From the NCBI GenBank assembly GCA_026389745.1, contig JAPLHG010000037.1, forward strand, positions 11,732 through 49,721: a stretch of 37,990 bases of DNA, read 5' to 3'. The stretch's first letter is position 1, and each line of letters begins with the position of its first letter. Below the pieces are notes generated by a model that was not told where the DNA came from, made no database searches, and saw only the letters and a program-made list of their open reading frames with translations. Shown here piece by piece: positions 35,866-37,990 of the stretch. The DNA is from Chloroflexota bacterium. Its GTDB lineage: Bacteria > Chloroflexota > Dehalococcoidia > Dehalococcoidales > Fen-1064. A program made the translations under genes and the position numbers.

Positions 35866-36461
35866 TAGGTTTACAGAACATTCGCAGAACATTAGGCAGG
35901 TATTTTACTGACCCCATCGCGCGTCTTCTGGAAAAAACACATGTGACACCGAATACTATCACCTGCCTCGGCCTACTGGTAACAATTGCCGCCGCTGTGT
36001 TGATTGCCCTCGGGCATCGGTTTGCGGCTGGTTTTGTGGTGTTGTTCGCCGGTTTATTCGATATGCTGGATGGAGCGTTGGCTCGCCGTACAAATCGTGT
36101 TACGCGGTTTGGAGGAGTTCTTGATTCTACGCTGGACCGCGCTTCTGAGGCGGCGGTGTTTATTGGTATTGCAGTGTGGTATGCCAATCAGCAGTCTATT
36201 TGGGGAGTGGCAGTCTCAGGAGTTGCTCTGGTTACTTCGCAATTAGTAAGTTACATCAGAGCAAGAACTGAGGCGATAAATATTAATTGTGAGGTCGGGG
36301 TCTTTACTAGACCTGAAAGAGTGATTATACTGTCTATTGGACTGCTCCTCAGTAGATTTAACAATGTCTTGTTAATTGCTCTGGTGGTAATTGCTGTCCT
36401 CAGCTTTGTCACAGCAGTCCAGAGATTAGTTTTTGTATGGCAGAAAACAAAATCCAGTTAG
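35862..36461 (+). CDS. CDP-alcohol phosphatidyltransferase, probably phosphatidylinositol-phosphate synthase (PgsA1/AIPS-like)
   Basis: 199 aa with about 6 TM helices. The complete motif D-x2-D-G-x2-A-R-x8-G-x3-D-x3-D is present in FDMLDGALARRTNRVTRFGGVLDSTLDR. Its ATG overlaps the stop of the PimA-like gene (ATGA at 35862-35865). The substrate is inferred from the neighbouring genes. Confidence 0.65.
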   Translation: MIGLQNIRRTLGRYFTDPIARLLEKTHVTPNTITCLGLLVTIAAAVLIALGHRFAAGFVVLFAGLFDMLDGALARRTNRVTRFGGVLDSTLDRASEAAVFIGIAVWYANQQSIWGVAVSGVALVTSQLVSYIRARTEAININCEVGVFTRPERVIILSIGLLLSRFNNVLLIALVVIAVLSFVTAVQRLVFVWQKTKSS

Positions 36462-36474
36462 TTTGGGGGAAACA

Positions 36475-37758
36475 ATGCCGGTTATTGCTGTTATTGGTGC
36501 TCAGTGGGGGGATGAGGGAAAAGGGAGGGTGGTTGACCTTCTGGCAGAGAAAGCGGATGTGGTGGTTCGGTTTTCCGGGGGAGACAATGCCGGGCATACG
36601 GTCATAAATTCCTATGGCGAGTCCAAATTGCACATTGTCCCTTCAGGAATTTTTTCGCCGAGGGCGGTTTGCATTATTGGTAATGGAGCAGTCGTTAACC
36701 CGGGAGCTCTGTTTAAAGAAATAGGGATGCTCAATCAGAAGGGCGTTGATACCTCCAGATTGTATATTAGCGACCGTGCTCACGTGATAATGCCTTACCA
36801 CATACTGCTTGATGACTTAGAAGAGACATCGTGTGTAGATAGGGCGATCGGTACCACTCATAAGGGTATTGGGCCTGTATTTTCGGATAAGATTGCCCGT
36901 CGCGGCATCCGTATTGGTGATTTACTGGAAAAGCAAGCATTTAGGGAGCAACTGCACTTTATTCTTGAGCAAAAGAATTTGATTTTGACAAAGATATATG
37001 GTGCCAGTCCCTTATTGTTTGAGAAGATATATGAAGAATATGTGGAATACGGAAAGCGTCTTTCGCCATACATCTGTGAAACCACGGCTATGCTGGATGA
37101 AGCACTGAGAGCCGGTAAACTGGTTTTATTGGAGGGGGCTCAGGGCACTCTGCTTGACCCTGATTTCGGCACTTACCCATACGGTACTTCTTCTTCGTCA
37201 ATTGCTGGGGGGGCTTCGATTGGTTCGGGTATTAGTCCAAACAAAATTACCAAGGTTCTGGGTGTTTTCAAAGCCTATTGCACTCGTGTTGGTAGTGGGC
37301 CGATGCCTACTGAGCTTAAAGATGAGACCGGAGACCTTATCAGAGAGCGGGCGCATGAATATGGCGCCACTACCGGCAGACCAAGACGTTGCGGCTGGTT
37401 TGATGCTGTGGCGGCACATTTTAGTCACCGAATCAATGGTTTCACCGGGATGGCGCTCACACGGTTTGATATTCTGGATACATTACCGGTTATTAAGATA
37501 TGCACTGGCTATAAAGTGGATGGTAAGACAATCAATGACTTTCCTGCCAGTATCGCAATGCTGGGAAAATGTGTACCTGTCTATGAAGAATTCCCTGGCT
37601 GGCGGGCTGCAACCTGTGATGTCCGCAAGTTTAATGACTTGCCGTCGGCGGCAAAAAAATATGTTAAGCGACTGGAAGAGCTGGTGGGCTGTCCTGCCAA
37701 TCTGGTTTGTGTTGGTCCGGCACGAGAGCAGACAATCGAGAAATCGCCAGCCATTTAA
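36475..37758 (+). CDS. purA: adenylosuccinate synthase
   Basis: 427 aa from ATG 36475 with GAQWGDEGKGR, GGDNAGHT and TTGRPRRCGW. The upstream extension to 36433 in the ORF track is unlikely. Confidence 0.95.
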   Translation: MPVIAVIGAQWGDEGKGRVVDLLAEKADVVVRFSGGDNAGHTVINSYGESKLHIVPSGIFSPRAVCIIGNGAVVNPGALFKEIGMLNQKGVDTSRLYISDRAHVIMPYHILLDDLEETSCVDRAIGTTHKGIGPVFSDKIARRGIRIGDLLEKQAFREQLHFILEQKNLILTKIYGASPLLFEKIYEEYVEYGKRLSPYICETTAMLDEALRAGKLVLLEGAQGTLLDPDFGTYPYGTSSSSIAGGASIGSGISPNKITKVLGVFKAYCTRVGSGPMPTELKDETGDLIRERAHEYGATTGRPRRCGWFDAVAAHFSHRINGFTGMALTRFDILDTLPVIKICTGYKVDGKTINDFPASIAMLGKCVPVYEEFPGWRAATCDVRKFNDLPSAAKKYVKRLEELVGCPANLVCVGPAREQTIEKSPAI

Positions 37759-37990
37759 ACTTTTTTATTGGAAATACTCTATAGTTAAAGAATGGAATAG
37801 AAAATAGAGAGGGCTTTAGCCAATAGGAAACCAACCGACTGCATGCTTTGCCTGGCTTCCCCGCCAATCATAAAATTTATTTCCTGCGGCACTATAGACC
37901 TCTATCCCTCTAAACATGTTCTTTAGTCTGGCAACTTCTTTTTGCCAGGCCAATTCTGGAAAGCGTCAATCTCCTTCTGCAGGCTATCTG

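Noticed and set aside
37154-37807. 217-aa plus-strand ORF overlapping purA
   Set aside because: It is an alternative frame of purA, which has definitive adenylosuccinate synthase motifs. Its product is Leu/Arg/Trp-rich, as is typical of off-frame translation.
37923-37990. Possible 3' end of a minus-strand gene running off the window (…DSLQKEIDAFQNWPGKKKLPD*)
   Set aside because: Only 21 codons are visible. It is plausible as a convergent gene end but cannot be supported or named. The 67-aa minus ORF at 37664-37867 overlaps the purA end and looks spurious.
1-37990. Search for tRNA, rRNA, tmRNA, SRP RNA, IS elements and CRISPR arrays
   Set aside because: No T-loop (GGTTCGAAT-like) or cloverleaf candidates occur in any intergenic region over 80 nt. 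There are no rRNA-like stretches, no transposase or integrase ORFs, no terminal inverted repeats, and no short repeat-spacer arrays.

Overview
This looks like a core chromosomal segment of a monoderm-type bacterium. The synteny blocks holB-ricT, rplI-dnaB, nusA-ylxR-infB-rbfA-truB and a DnaD-type initiator fit a Chloroflexota (Dehalococcoidia-like) or Firmicutes-like lineage, but the taxon is only a guess. I support about 40 protein genes, mostly housekeeping: mfd, proB/proA, rph, pyrF, lysA, holB, dnaB, rplI, trxB, plsX, nusA, infB, rbfA, truB and purA. I found no rRNA, tRNA, CRISPR array, transposase or integrase. I do not see a self-evident new system such as a defence island. The best candidates for a second look are: (1) a helicase-loader-like protein with two complete DnaC/DnaI-type AAA+ modules behind a zinc ribbon, in a compact rplI-dnaB-dnaD-like-loader-HNH string; (2) an ino1 / PimA-like GT4 / CDP-alcohol phosphatidyltransferase cluster that predicts phosphatidylinositol (mannoside) lipid synthesis; (3) a promoter-proximal hairpin plus U-tract in the nusA leader, with no rimP upstream; (4) a secreted three-repeat (I/L)TxxQ protein carrying a 64-nt perfect internal DNA repeat; (5) an alpha/beta hydrolase with Cys at the nucleophile elbow; (6) a stretch at 3.6-7.5 kb with several degraded genes. 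All family assignments come from motif recognition by eye, with no database search.
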